NCBI GenBank assembly: GCA_963827235.1
Contig: CAWHAE010000016.1
Location: 1,056,001 to 1,120,000 of the forward strand
Reading direction: 5' to 3'
Length of the DNA: 64,000 bases
DNA from: an uncultured bacterium
GTDB taxonomy: Bacteria > Chloroflexota > UBA5177 > JANWHV01
The stretch's first letter is position 1. Each line of letters opens with the position of its first letter. Made by a program: the position numbers and the translations under genes. The notes beneath the pieces were generated by a model. It ran no database searches. It worked only from the letters and a program-made list of their open reading frames with translations, and had not been told where the DNA came from. This document shows, piece after piece, positions 40,268 to 50,574 of this stretch.

Positions 40268-41230
40268 TCAGTACGACCACCGCATGCGCATGGCGCGCAA
40301 AACCACCAGCGTAAGGAACAGCGTGATGGCGAACTCGATCATTGAAGCCGCTGCCGCCTGGCCAAACTGCAGATTGCCGAGGCCAATGTTATAGACGTAC
40401 ATGTTGAGCAGCGTGGTCGCGTTATCCGGACCACCACCGCCGCTGACGCCCCCGCTGCCTCCGGTCATGACCGTCGGAATCGTGTATTCTTGCAGCGCGC
40501 CGATCACCCCCAGCACGACCACGAAGTTGAGCGTGGGTTGAAGCAGCGGCAGCGTGATGTGCCAGAAGCGGTGCCAGGCGTTCGTGCCGTCGACTGCCGC
40601 TGCCTCCAGCAACTCGCGAGGGATATTCATCAGACCGGCCGTGAGAATGACGATGGTGATGCCCCAGCCTTTCCAGATGGCGAAGCCCACCAGCGTCGGC
40701 AGCGCGCTGCCGCTGCTCTGCAAGAACGGCGAGGTCGGCAAGTGCAGGTCGGCAAGGTACTTATCGATGGGGCCGATCATGGGATCCAGCAGGTATCTGG
40801 CCAGGACCACGACGGAGACAAGCGAGAGGACCACCGGCACGAAGATCAGCGTCTGATACAGGTTCCGGAAGCGCCGCACGCTCGCCAGGCACAGAGCGAT
40901 GCCCAGCTCTATGGGCAGCCCAAAGAGGTTGAGCAAGATGCCCCATTGAACACTGTTGCGCAGGGAGATGCCGAAGATCGGGTCGTTGAATACGGCCCGG
41001 AAGTTATCCCATCCCACGAACCGGTTCAGGCTGGGGTTGAGCAGGTGGTATGTGGTAAAGGAAAGCTTGACGCCCTGAAAGAGCGCCCACACCGCAAAAA
41101 TGCCGTACCACGCCAGCAACGGCACCATTGCGACCAGCACAAACCAAACCTTAGGATCATGCAGCCGCTTGCCCAGTTGGTAGCCAATGCCCTGCCGCGG
41201 CCTCCGAGCGAGAGCGACACTTGCTTTCAT
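40268..41230 (-). CDS. Carbohydrate ABC transporter permease (MalF-type)
   Basis: 'FVGWDNF', 'IPRELLEAAAVDG', 'ITLPLLQP'. Confidence 0.93.
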   Translation of the reverse strand: MKASVALARRPRQGIGYQLGKRLHDPKVWFVLVAMVPLLAWYGIFAVWALFQGVKLSFTTYHLLNPSLNRFVGWDNFRAVFNDPIFGISLRNSVQWGILLNLFGLPIELGIALCLASVRRFRNLYQTLIFVPVVLSLVSVVVLARYLLDPMIGPIDKYLADLHLPTSPFLQSSGSALPTLVGFAIWKGWGITIVILTAGLMNIPRELLEAAAVDGTNAWHRFWHITLPLLQPTLNFVVVLGVIGALQEYTIPTVMTGGSGGVSGGGGPDNATTLLNMYVYNIGLGNLQFGQAAAASMIEFAITLFLTLVVLRAMRMRWSY

Positions 41231-41278
41231 CGTGTGTCCCAACATTGCAACGTTGCCCGAAGAAAAGGACCCACGCCA

Positions 41279-41320
41279 GGGAGAGGGGGTGCGAGCGAGG
41301 TGACCGCACCTCCCTCCCCC
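41279..41320 (-). terminator. Stem-loop after the binding-protein gene (stabiliser or partial terminator)
   Basis: Imperfect inverted repeat GGGAGAGGGGGTGCG / CGCACCTCCCTCCCC. Confidence 0.5.
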
Positions 41321-41339
41321 AGCTTGGCAGTGCCGTCGT

Positions 41340-42779
41340 CTACTGCAGGTTGGCCAGATCGATCTTGTACTGCTTGTACTGTGCCACGCACTTCTGCTGG
41401 ATCTGCGCCATCGCCGCCGAGGAGTTCATCTTCCCCTCCCGGACGGCCTGGCACCCAGCGGTAACGGCCGCGTCGACCCGGTCGATGTAGCCGGCGCGAC
41501 CGATATAGTGACAGTTCAACATGGCATTCTGGAACCAGGACGCCGTGCCCACCACGAACTCATTGTTGGTCTTGTTGGCCGGGTGGAAACGCGTCGTGTC
41601 GTGCAGCAGGAAGTCCTTCCAGGCCACGACGTCAACACCGCCGTACGTGAGATCGTACTGGTACTGCCCGGCAGACGTGGCCATCATGCGCAGGAAGGCA
41701 ATCTGCAGATTCGGATGCTGCGGCTTGATGGGACCGACGATACCCCAGCCCTGACCCTCGCCAAACGACTGCGGAGTCTTTCCGTCGATCTTAGGCATTC
41801 CGGCAATCACGTAGTGTAGCCCGTACAGCGCGTTGCCCTCGATCGCCACATCGCCATTGGCCATCGTGACGGCCACGTTACCGTTGAGGGCCTGGCTGAT
41901 CACGGCATCGCTGACATTCCATTCCTTCTCGATGCCCATCTTGACCGGAAGCTCCACGTGGTACTGCATGGCCCGGATACCCGCCTGCGTGTCGAAGTTG
42001 AACTGCTCCTTAATCGGGTCGAAAGGCGTCACGCCCATGGTCAGCATCATGCCGCCAAGAGTTGGCAGATCCCAGCCTTCGCCGGAGAGACCCCACTTCA
42101 CGACTTTGCCGCCCTTGGTCACCTGGAGCGCCTTTGCAAGCGCGTAGAGCTGGTTGTAATCGTCGAAATAGATCTTGCCGTTGGTCGGGGGATAGTCTTT
42201 CTGCAGGCCGAGTTTCTGGACCTGGTCCTCCGGAATGTTGGTGCAGGACCCGAGACCGCCGTCTGCCTCGAGCGGCACACCGTAGATGCCGTCCCCCAGC
42301 GAGAACGGTTGGATCGAGTCACCGGTGAAGGTAGGGGAGATGAGCAGGGTGGTCGTAGGATCCTTGGTGACGGTGATGTGGTTGTAGGCGAAGACCGACG
42401 AACGGATCTCCGTCAGCGCGCCCTGCAGCGCCAACGCGGAGATCAACTGTCCGTTCTGGCAGACGATGTCGGGTTGCGTCCCCGCCGCGATCGCGGCGAT
42501 TTCGTTCGTGTAGCCGTATGGCTGTGGATAGACGGTGATTGTTGAGCCATACATCTTCTTAAAGAGGTCGGCCATCCGGTGATAGGAGGCAACGTGAGGA
42601 GCATAGTTGAGACCCCACATGGTCCCGGTCGGTTCGACGGCACCTGCCCGAACGGAGGGTGCTGCCGCGGCCGCAGTCTTGACGCCTGCCTCGAGGCCGG
42701 TGGTGGCCACAAGTCCAGCTCCAGCCGTCGCTGCAGCAGCCTTGAGGAACTCGCGTCTACTTGCTTTCTTTGCACTCAT
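41340..42779 (-). CDS. Carbohydrate ABC transporter substrate-binding protein, Tat signal
   Basis: 'SRREFLK', 'AAIAAGTQPDI', 'IYGVP'; sits upstream of the permeases. Confidence 0.88.
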   Translation of the reverse strand: MSAKKASRREFLKAAAATAGAGLVATTGLEAGVKTAAAAAPSVRAGAVEPTGTMWGLNYAPHVASYHRMADLFKKMYGSTITVYPQPYGYTNEIAAIAAGTQPDIVCQNGQLISALALQGALTEIRSSVFAYNHITVTKDPTTTLLISPTFTGDSIQPFSLGDGIYGVPLEADGGLGSCTNIPEDQVQKLGLQKDYPPTNGKIYFDDYNQLYALAKALQVTKGGKVVKWGLSGEGWDLPTLGGMMLTMGVTPFDPIKEQFNFDTQAGIRAMQYHVELPVKMGIEKEWNVSDAVISQALNGNVAVTMANGDVAIEGNALYGLHYVIAGMPKIDGKTPQSFGEGQGWGIVGPIKPQHPNLQIAFLRMMATSAGQYQYDLTYGGVDVVAWKDFLLHDTTRFHPANKTNNEFVVGTASWFQNAMLNCHYIGRAGYIDRVDAAVTAGCQAVREGKMNSSAAMAQIQQKCVAQYKQYKIDLANLQ

Positions 42780-42935
42780 GTTCAATGATTCCTTTGCTGA
42801 CCGAAGCTCATACATTGAACCACTATCCTTCCAGACCTCACCGTCGTCCAGGATACGAACCGGTCCTTCTGCTACCTCCTTTTCCTTCCACTTTCTCCGG
42901 CGTTGCCCGTGGTAATCCGCGCCGGTCGCTTAAGT

Positions 42936-42970
42936 GTTAACAGCATACGTTTCGCTACCGTTTATGTCAA
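42936..42970 (-). promoter_or_regulatory. Sigma70-type promoter TTGACA-17-TATGCT overlapped by heptamer units
   Basis: TGTCAA 42965-42970 and AGCATA 42942-42947 on +; GTTAACA at 42936-42942. Confidence 0.6.
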
Positions 42971-43052
42971 AATGACTGCCGGCCACGGCGGAGGCGCCGC
43001 GCGAGTTGGACGCGCACAGCCTATCAGATACAACGCTCAGCCCGACGAGCCC

Positions 43053-43086
43053 ACCGTAGCACGTTGACTGTCTATTGTCAACATGA
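43053..43086 (-). promoter_or_regulatory. Promoter TTGACA-17-TACGGT overlapped by triple heptamer GTTGACA-ATAGACA-GTCAACG
   Basis: Read on the minus strand; near-identical to the site at 35883. Confidence 0.7.
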
Positions 43087-43412
43087 GTGGGCGCAACGCA
43101 CATTCAGGGATGGCAGACCGGGACGGGCGGCGCGAGGGCTTTCCCGTATGCAAGGGGAAGCGCCTGAACCGGCTTCATCGCGGCGCCTGAGGGGACAGCA
43201 TCGCGCTTGTCAGTACGCTCGTTTGCTCCTCACGACCACTACTCAAGTCCTTACCGCTCAGTAGCAGTGTCGCCACCTCATCGACAAGCAGTCACGGCAC
43301 GCATATCGCCAATGAGTCGCCACCGTAGGCGCATGATAACGGCATGCCGACGGCGAGTGGACCGTCGGGTGCTGTCGAAGGTCGCGCATGACTCGGCGTC
43401 ATACGCCAGCGC

Positions 43413-44267
43413 TTACCCGTGTATGCTCGCCAGCCCAATACCACGTATGAAGTACTTCACGGTAACGGCAGTGATCACCAAAGCCGGCAATGTCGTCAAG
43501 ATGACAACTGCCGCAACGATCGGGGTCGACGCTCCGAGGCCGCTCGCCAGCAGCACCGGCAGCGTCCAGTGCGGCGGCCGGTTCAAGAGAAGCGCAGGTA
43601 GCAGGAAGTTATCCCAGCTCTGCATGAAGGTATACACCGCCAGCACGGTGAGGGCCGAGGTGCAGAGCGGCGCCATGACCTGAGCCACTATCCGCACTTC
43701 CGACGCTCCATCGATGCGCGCCGCGTCGAGCAGCTCGGAGGGGATGCCCTCCATGAACTGGCGCACAGTGAATATGCCGAAAGGCGACCACAACCCGGCC
43801 AGGATGAGACCGCCAATGCTATCGTCGAATCCAATGTGGGAGAGCGTAACGTAGACAGGGAGAAGCACAACACTGAAAGGCACCATGAGTGCCGCGATGA
43901 GCACCGTGAAGAGCTGATCTCTGCCCCAAAAGCGATACTTCGCGAGCACGAAGCCCACGAGCAGGGACGTTACGACCGCCGAAGCCGTGACACTGGTCGC
44001 CACGATGACACTGTTGCGGTAGCTGGTCAAGAACGGCCCGTAATCCATCACCTGGTTGTAGTTGCGTGTAGTCCAGGCTACGGTGCCTGACTGAGACTGG
44101 AGCGATTGAGCCATGGTCCAGGCAAAGGGAGCAAGCGCGACGAATGAGAAAGCCAGGAGCAGCACGTGAGGCAGGGCGTTGGGAAGCAACCTGCGCCACG
44201 ACGCGGGCCCTGCAGTCACCGCGCGCGGTGCCGCACGGCGACTGCTCGACAAAGCGGTTCTTGGCAT
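43413..44267 (-). CDS. Second carbohydrate ABC permease (MalG-type)
   Basis: 'IPSELLDAARIDGASE', 'SWDNFLLP'. Start is ATG 44267 or GTG 44276. Confidence 0.88.
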   Translation of the reverse strand: MPRTALSSSRRAAPRAVTAGPASWRRLLPNALPHVLLLAFSFVALAPFAWTMAQSLQSQSGTVAWTTRNYNQVMDYGPFLTSYRNSVIVATSVTASAVVTSLLVGFVLAKYRFWGRDQLFTVLIAALMVPFSVVLLPVYVTLSHIGFDDSIGGLILAGLWSPFGIFTVRQFMEGIPSELLDAARIDGASEVRIVAQVMAPLCTSALTVLAVYTFMQSWDNFLLPALLLNRPPHWTLPVLLASGLGASTPIVAAVVILTTLPALVITAVTVKYFIRGIGLASIHG

Positions 44268-44290
44268 GCGTCGCACCTTCCCGTCAGGCC

Positions 44291-45328
44291 TCAATACGAC
44301 CACCTTGGTCGCAGCACGCGCAGCAGCACGATACTGGCGATCAAGATCACGGCGAATTCCAGCACGGCGCCCGCGGATGCCGGACCAAGAGCCGTAAAAA
44401 GGCCGCCGAATGCCTGTTTGTAGAGTGCCAGGTTCAGGAGCACCAGCGCGTTGTTTGGCCCATAGTCCACGGGCTGCTCGTTGCCGCCAAGGGTCAGCTG
44501 CTGCGAGCCGCCGGCGAGTGTATACGGCAACGCATATTCCTGCATCGAGTTGACCAACAGCAATACGACCGCCAGGGTCAGCACGGGTCGCAGCAGCGGC
44601 AAGGTAACGAGCCAGAACCTTGTCCATGCGTCCGCACCGTCGACCCGCGCAGCATCGACTACATCCTTCGGAATATTGAGTATGCCGGCGGTCAAGATGA
44701 TGACATAGAAGCCCATCCAGCGCCAGGCGCCGATGGCGGCTGCCAGGGGCAACGCCACGATAGGATCCTGCAGCCACTGCGAGGTAGGCAGCCCGATGGC
44801 ACTCAACGCCCCGTTGATTGGGCCTGTCGTCGGATCGAACAGTTTGCCCATCATCAAGGCAACGGCGACCATAGGCGTCACGACTGGCACTAGCACGGCG
44901 ATCTGGTAGAACGTGCGCCCGCGACCGACACGAGCCAGAGACACGGCGAGCAGCAAGCCGAGCGGCAGCACAAAAAGGAACTGCAGCAGCGTCCAGATGA
45001 GGCTGTGCAGCGTCCCGGGCCAGAACTGCGGATTATACAACGGGTCGAATAGGTGCTGGAAGTGGAGAAAGCCAGTGAACTGGCTGGACTGGAAGACAGA
45101 GAACCACGACGATATGTCGGCGATGTTCACGTGGAAGAGTGAAAACCAGAACGCCTCGACGATTGGCCCGACCTCCAGCACCACATACCACAGCAAGGTG
45201 GGCACCAGGACAACGGCGCCCAGCCACAACCGCGGGTTGTGCACGACCCGGCGCACGACCACCCGCCAGATTCCGGCGCGGCCTACCGTCTGCCTACCAG
45301 AAAGCGGGCGGGTCGAATGATGCCGCAT
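44291..45328 (-). CDS. Second carbohydrate ABC permease (MalF-type)
   Basis: 'IPKDVVDAARVDGA', 'VTLPLLRP'; ends 'RPRWSY', like 'RMRWSY' of the 40268 gene. Confidence 0.9.
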   Translation of the reverse strand: MRHHSTRPLSGRQTVGRAGIWRVVVRRVVHNPRLWLGAVVLVPTLLWYVVLEVGPIVEAFWFSLFHVNIADISSWFSVFQSSQFTGFLHFQHLFDPLYNPQFWPGTLHSLIWTLLQFLFVLPLGLLLAVSLARVGRGRTFYQIAVLVPVVTPMVAVALMMGKLFDPTTGPINGALSAIGLPTSQWLQDPIVALPLAAAIGAWRWMGFYVIILTAGILNIPKDVVDAARVDGADAWTRFWLVTLPLLRPVLTLAVVLLLVNSMQEYALPYTLAGGSQQLTLGGNEQPVDYGPNNALVLLNLALYKQAFGGLFTALGPASAGAVLEFAVILIASIVLLRVLRPRWSY

Positions 45329-45544
45329 GGTTGATCCTCGTGGTCGCTCAAGAGACTGCCGCCGGTTCCCGGTCGTCTGTGCCCGGTCGTTGCTTCAAGC
45401 GTGGCTGTGGGCTCGGCGGTGTGGGGTGGGCATCGGAAGAGTGCGAACGCCCCATCAGGCAGGCCGGCTGGGGAGGACGCCCTCGAACGGTGTCAGGCGA
45501 TATGATGTCGATACTACAGGTCACTCGGCCACAATTCCAGGTGC

Positions 45545-45581
45545 ATGATACAATGGCCGCCCATTTAGTCAACAGTTTACA
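45545..45581. promoter_or_regulatory. Heptamer pair GTCAACA-GTTTACA with minus-strand TTGACT-16-TATCAT
   Basis: Intergenic, between the divergent permease and membrane protein genes. Confidence 0.55.
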
Positions 45582-45604
45582 ATACGGCACAGGGGGACCC
45601 ACCC

Positions 45605-46204
45605 ATGCGCTTGAGGGTTCTGGTCTGGTGGATGCTAGCGATGCTCGGATGTGGTGCTCTGGTGCTGTCGCCGGAGCTTCCCTGGACGACGACACCGAGC
45701 ATTGGCTCCGCCATCGCTATCAACGGCTTCAACAGCGCCAGCTACATCTCGGGCTCCGGAAGTCTGGTGGCGCAGCTAGGATCCCTGGGCAGCGGCCAGC
45801 AGGATCTGGCCTCGGAGCTGAGCTCCTTAGGCGGCGATTCCTCCGGTGTCATAGTCATTCCGAGCCTGAACAGCATCCCGGCTGATCTTGGAGGGTCGGA
45901 CGCCGAAGCCAGATGGGGCATCTTCGTGTTGGTGCTGGGTGCCGTGGCGCTATTCACCGCGGTCTGGCTGCCTTGGGGCGAGATCGACCGTCGCCGAAGC
46001 ATGGCGCGCGTGGTCGCCGTGTCTGCCGGTCTGGCCCTCGTGCCCCTCGGGCACGAGCTATCCAGGGCGGGCCTTACGTTTGCCAGCTCGTCGAGCGACA
46101 GCACCGGCATCGGCATCTACGTTGGCCTCGCGGGATCGCTTGTCGCCGCGTGCGCCGGCGTCTTTCTCTTCTTGACCTGGCGTGCCGGGGGACTGCAGCG
46201 CTAG
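45605..46204 (+). CDS. Hypothetical four-TM membrane protein
   Basis: 'LPW' after TM1, Ser/Gly-rich loop, C-terminal 'GIGIYVGLAG'. Confidence 0.7.
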   Translation: MRLRVLVWWMLAMLGCGALVLSPELPWTTTPSIGSAIAINGFNSASYISGSGSLVAQLGSLGSGQQDLASELSSLGGDSSGVIVIPSLNSIPADLGGSDAEARWGIFVLVLGAVALFTAVWLPWGEIDRRRSMARVVAVSAGLALVPLGHELSRAGLTFASSSSDSTGIGIYVGLAGSLVAACAGVFLFLTWRAGGLQR

Positions 46205-46222
46205 CGGGATTGACGAGCAACG

Positions 46223-46462
46223 ATGCAACAAGAGGGACAGACGCTGGGAGTATCCCCGGAGCATGACACGAGGCATCGCTATCGCTGCAATGAGTGCCGG
46301 CGGGCGTTCACGGTCACATCCCATTCCTCGTATGAAGGCGGCGTGCGCTGCCCTGGATGCCTGGGCGACGATGTCACGTACCGGTTGAGCCGGTGCGACC
46401 GTCTGATGCGCTTCCTTATGCTCTATGAGGCAGCTTGTGGTCTCGGCGCGGGAATGCGCTAG
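46223..46462 (+). CDS. FmdB-like zinc-ribbon protein
   Basis: 'YRCNECRRAF...RCPGCLG...RLS'. Confidence 0.6.
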   Translation: MQQEGQTLGVSPEHDTRHRYRCNECRRAFTVTSHSSYEGGVRCPGCLGDDVTYRLSRCDRLMRFLMLYEAACGLGAGMR

Positions 46463-46635
46463 GTTGACAGCCGAGCCTGATCTCGCTCGCAAGGCGATGG
46501 AGATCGCTCCAACTGAGCCGGATGGAGTCGAGCGTGCGATGAACGAGCGCTATGACGTGGTGGTGCCGCGGTGGCTGGGCGCTGGACTTCTTCCTCTGCC
46601 GCCTCACGCATGAGCACGAAGACGTGGCTAACTGA

Positions 46636-47724
46636 ATGACTGGAGACCTGCGCGTGGCGAACCTGACGCTTGAGCTCGAGCTCGCTCCACTTGGAACACC
46701 TCGCTACGACCAGCGTGCCGCTGCGCTGCCGAAGGCCGACCTACACGTCCATCAGGAAGAAACAGCACGGCTTGATCGCATCCTGGCCCGCGGCCACGGC
46801 AGGGTCCCCCCTGATTGGCGAGGCTGGGCGCAGCACGTCCGTGCCAGCACGCCGGCGGGCTACGGGCGCCTGGCAGACATCTATGCAGCCGACGCGCTGC
46901 TGGCGCTAGACGGTATACGCGGAGATGATCCGGAGCACGTCATAGCGAAGATGGCCGATGTGCTCGAAGAGGGCGCGGCCGATGGAGCAGTGCTCATGGA
47001 AGTTCGCTTTGGTGCAACCGGGCAGGCACTTCTCCGCCCCGACTTCATGTCGCTTTTTCGGGAAGCGGAGCGTCGGGCACGGGCACGGTATCCCCGTCTG
47101 CGGGCTGAGGCCATTGCCCTGCTCCACCTGGTTCATCAACCCGAGTCACTTCACCTCCTGGAGCATCAGTACTCCGGCTGTTCGCAGGCAGCGACGCAGG
47201 GGCTTGCTGGGCTGGACTTCATTGTTGAACCGTACGACACAGAGGCTGACCCCATGCTATGGGACATCGTGTATCGCTATGCCGAACGCGCCGTGGGGAT
47301 AGGCCTGGGCATTACCGTGCATGCCGGCGAGTTCTCCACGGCGAACCTTGCGGCGGCGCTTCGCGTTCCCGGCCTTGGTCGGATTGGACACGCCGTCTAC
47401 GCGGCGCACGACCAGCAACTCTTGGATCAGTTGGCGCTGAGCCGCGCTACGGTCGAATGCTCGCTGACCTGCAATGTCATGCTTGGTGCAGTGCCATCGT
47501 ATGAGGCGCACCCTATCAGGAGGTTCGTGGCTTACGGCATCCCGGTCACCCTCAATACTGATCTGCCTGTCCACACTGGTACAACCATTGGACGGGAGTA
47601 TGCCGTCGCTGCAGCTCTAGGATTCTCCGAGGTCGAGCTCGCCGCTTTCACGCGCAATGCCGTCAATGCATCGTTTGCCCCAACTGACCGTCGCGTTGCT
47701 CTGCTTCAGGAGCTTCAGTCGTAG
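46636..47724 (+). CDS. Adenosine deaminase family protein
   Basis: 'LPKADLHVH', 'TVHAGE', 'RIGHA', 'HPI...TLNTD'. Confidence 0.88.
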   Translation: MTGDLRVANLTLELELAPLGTPRYDQRAAALPKADLHVHQEETARLDRILARGHGRVPPDWRGWAQHVRASTPAGYGRLADIYAADALLALDGIRGDDPEHVIAKMADVLEEGAADGAVLMEVRFGATGQALLRPDFMSLFREAERRARARYPRLRAEAIALLHLVHQPESLHLLEHQYSGCSQAATQGLAGLDFIVEPYDTEADPMLWDIVYRYAERAVGIGLGITVHAGEFSTANLAAALRVPGLGRIGHAVYAAHDQQLLDQLALSRATVECSLTCNVMLGAVPSYEAHPIRRFVAYGIPVTLNTDLPVHTGTTIGREYAVAAALGFSEVELAAFTRNAVNASFAPTDRRVALLQELQS

Positions 47725-48031
47725 AGGATGCGGTTAGCACCTCCCGACCGGATTCGACGCTAGGCACGGTCTTGTCCGACGTCGCGATGGTTGACGCACG
47801 TCATACTGGCACCGAATCCCGCACTACCTCGCTGGATCCTGGTGGGGACAGCCCGCGCGGAGCGGCAGGCTTCGCAATGCGCTCAAACCCGATCACCTTT
47901 CTCCGAACGAGACCGAGGAAGTGGCAAGCTCGCGGCCGCAAACGCCGCATGCTATACATGGAGATCACCGTCGGGAGACCTCAGCCAAGGATAGGTGCGT
48001 AAAGGCTACGCGCACCGTTCGGCGATGCTCG

Positions 48032-50254
48032 TCAGAGATTCGTCACCCGCTTGTAGGCGACGGTGGCAGCACTGGGCGACGATGCAAGTCGCAAGGCCAA
48101 ACCGGCTGTCATCAATCCATGGCCAGACGCGTAGGCGCGGCGAGAGGAGTCGAAGTTCCTGAGCTCGTACCGTGCGCCGGTGTCCAGTCCGCGCAGCTTG
48201 AGACGCATCGTCTCGACCGTGCTCGTGTCTCGCCGAAACGCCTGCACGACTCCTGTGCCCGCCTCCGGGCGGTTGAATTGCCACGCCATCCAGACATCGG
48301 TGCCTATGCTGTACGGCGTCAACGGATAATAGTCTCCAAGCAGATCGCCGGCAAAGACCTGCCACTCGCGCATGGATGCAAGCGCCCGCCCGATCGCTGC
48401 GTCCTGTCCTCCGGTGACTTCCAACAGGACCATGAAGCTCGGCAGCATGCCGCTCCGCAAGGTGTACAAATCGTCGGGCTCCGCGCCGCTGCCGAAGGCT
48501 ACGCCGCTGCCGTAGTACGGGTGCCACAAAGCCATGCCGTAGGTGTGGCACTGTTCGTCCAGCGCCGCGCCATTGTCGTCGCTTCGCCACAACGGCACCG
48601 CTCGGCGCACTGTTTCCAGGTCGTTTCGGCGCCCGCCCGAAGCGCAGCAATCGATCAGCAGGTCGGGATGTCGCCGCCGGAGCTCATCCCAGAACGCCAG
48701 CAAGCCTGTAACGTGCCTGGCCTGCGTGATGCCGGTTCGTCCCGGTGGGTCACCCATGTTCCAGTACGCCAGGGGATCCATGTTGAAGTCCTGCCGGAAT
48801 ACGTCCACGCCTTGCCGGCTCACGAACTGGTCGAAATGATCGACCACCCACTGCCATGCCTGTGGATGACCGAGATTGAGCAGGCGGTCGTCGCCATCCG
48901 GACCGGGACCGAGCAGCCATTCGGGATGCTGCGTGAACAGCCAGGTGCCCGGCCGAACCCGTTCGGGCTCGGTCCAGACGATGCTCTTCATGGCCTGGGC
49001 GCGGGCGCGATCGGTCACCGGTTTCAGCCCATGCGGGTACCGCTTGGGATCGGGCTCCCAGGTACCCGTCCACGTCCAGTCCGTGGCGTCCGGTGGAACC
49101 TCGTACCAGCCTGCGTCGATCCACCAATGATCGACTACGCCTCCCCTGGCGCGAGCAAGATGATCGGCCGCATCGGCAGCAAGGATCTCGATGTCGCTGT
49201 CAGCGCTGGTACCCAGCATAGCCGGACCGTAGGCCGTGCTCTGGGTTGGACACATCGGCGAAGGCAACTGCCCGCCAGGCCTCGGCATGTTATGCACGAG
49301 CATCCATCGCCGCCAGATGTTCTGCGATGCGATCCAGTCGGGACCGTCCCAGAACTGCACTACTATTCTAGGAGTGCGAATCTCTTCTCCAGGCAACAGC
49401 GACAGGTCCAGCAGCCCGGCATCGGCGACGCGGTCGCCTGACTGGAGCAATCCGCCATCGCGCGTGCTCATGCCGGCACGCAGCTGCAAAGACGATCCGG
49501 TATCACGCGAGATCTCGGCAGCCCACTGGCCTGGCCAGCCGATCACGACGACGACGCCCTTCCCGCCCCAGTCGACGTTGTAGTACGGTGAGCCGGCCCG
49601 GGAGAGACCCGCCTCCGGCCTGAAATTGCCATTGGTGGAGCGACCACCCATGCAGGTGAACAGCGCGAACGAGCCAGCGGCAAGATCGATCTCCTGCGGG
49701 CCATAATCCTGGGTGACGGCTGCACTGCCGTTGCACGTGTGCACGATCAGCCGGGCGCCCGGAGTGGACTGCATGGAGGTGTCGAGTGCAAGCACAGCCT
49801 GCAGCGGCAAGGAGCTCCTTGTGTCCGCGTTCTTGAAATATACCGTCCATTCGACCGTGGGGAAGTCGTGATACCCGACCGCCTCGCAGCGCACCGCAAG
49901 ACCACCACGCGGATCTGACCAGGTGATCGAGTGCCGCATCTGATTGGCATCGATCGGTATCGGCGTGTGAGTGTGTGTCCATCGGGAGAGCAGTGACGAC
50001 GACGCCATACCGCCATAGACGAATGAGAACGGAGGCTGGCGAGTGAACAGACCCAGGAAGGCGGCCGCGCGTTGCCCGGCGGTCTCATTGCGTCCGCTCG
50101 CGGTGGTCGCGTCTGTTTGGTCCACCGATCTCTCACCGCCCAGTGCGGCAAGTCCGGTCACTAGGCCTGCCGCGCCCACGAAGCGCCGGCGCGTCACGCG
50201 CACTCCGCCGCGCGCAGACCGCGCGCTCGGGTCCCCTTCAGGCATGAATCCCAT
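48032..50254 (-). CDS. GH36 alpha-galactosidase-like protein, Tat signal (paralog of 33559)
   Basis: 'TRRRFVG'; 'WIDAGWY', 'FRQDFN', 'CASGGRRND', 'RSD'. Confidence 0.9.
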   Translation of the reverse strand: MGFMPEGDPSARSARGGVRVTRRRFVGAAGLVTGLAALGGERSVDQTDATTASGRNETAGQRAAAFLGLFTRQPPFSFVYGGMASSSLLSRWTHTHTPIPIDANQMRHSITWSDPRGGLAVRCEAVGYHDFPTVEWTVYFKNADTRSSLPLQAVLALDTSMQSTPGARLIVHTCNGSAAVTQDYGPQEIDLAAGSFALFTCMGGRSTNGNFRPEAGLSRAGSPYYNVDWGGKGVVVVIGWPGQWAAEISRDTGSSLQLRAGMSTRDGGLLQSGDRVADAGLLDLSLLPGEEIRTPRIVVQFWDGPDWIASQNIWRRWMLVHNMPRPGGQLPSPMCPTQSTAYGPAMLGTSADSDIEILAADAADHLARARGGVVDHWWIDAGWYEVPPDATDWTWTGTWEPDPKRYPHGLKPVTDRARAQAMKSIVWTEPERVRPGTWLFTQHPEWLLGPGPDGDDRLLNLGHPQAWQWVVDHFDQFVSRQGVDVFRQDFNMDPLAYWNMGDPPGRTGITQARHVTGLLAFWDELRRRHPDLLIDCCASGGRRNDLETVRRAVPLWRSDDNGAALDEQCHTYGMALWHPYYGSGVAFGSGAEPDDLYTLRSGMLPSFMVLLEVTGGQDAAIGRALASMREWQVFAGDLLGDYYPLTPYSIGTDVWMAWQFNRPEAGTGVVQAFRRDTSTVETMRLKLRGLDTGARYELRNFDSSRRAYASGHGLMTAGLALRLASSPSAATVAYKRVTNL

Positions 50255-50413
50255 CTCCGCAGCCGCCTTCCTCACACCAGCACGTCCTGTCCGCGGTAAA
50301 CCAAGGTCACGGCCGTGATGCATCGGTCGCTGGCGGGGCTTTCTCGAGTTCGGCAGTGGCTACCGGCCCTCGGCACAGTCTGGATTCGCCATGCCGCCGG
50401 TCACCTGGCGACG

Positions 50414-50427
50414 TTCAACAGTATACA
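50414..50427. promoter_or_regulatory. Heptamer pair TTCAACA-GTATACA
   Basis: CAACAGTATACA (50416-50427) is identical to the reverse complement of 56194-56205; between the second divergent GH36 pair. Confidence 0.6.
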
Positions 50428-50574
50428 ATGGCCATGGAATCGGCTCTTCGGGCGGCGTGCCGGCGGGAGTCTTCCGGCCACCTTTCTATGCGAGGCGGCT
50501 GCCTTGCTCGGTTTCCAGTCGTCATGATGCAGTGGCCGTGTCGCCGGCCACAGATCGGGAGAGGAGACACGAAC

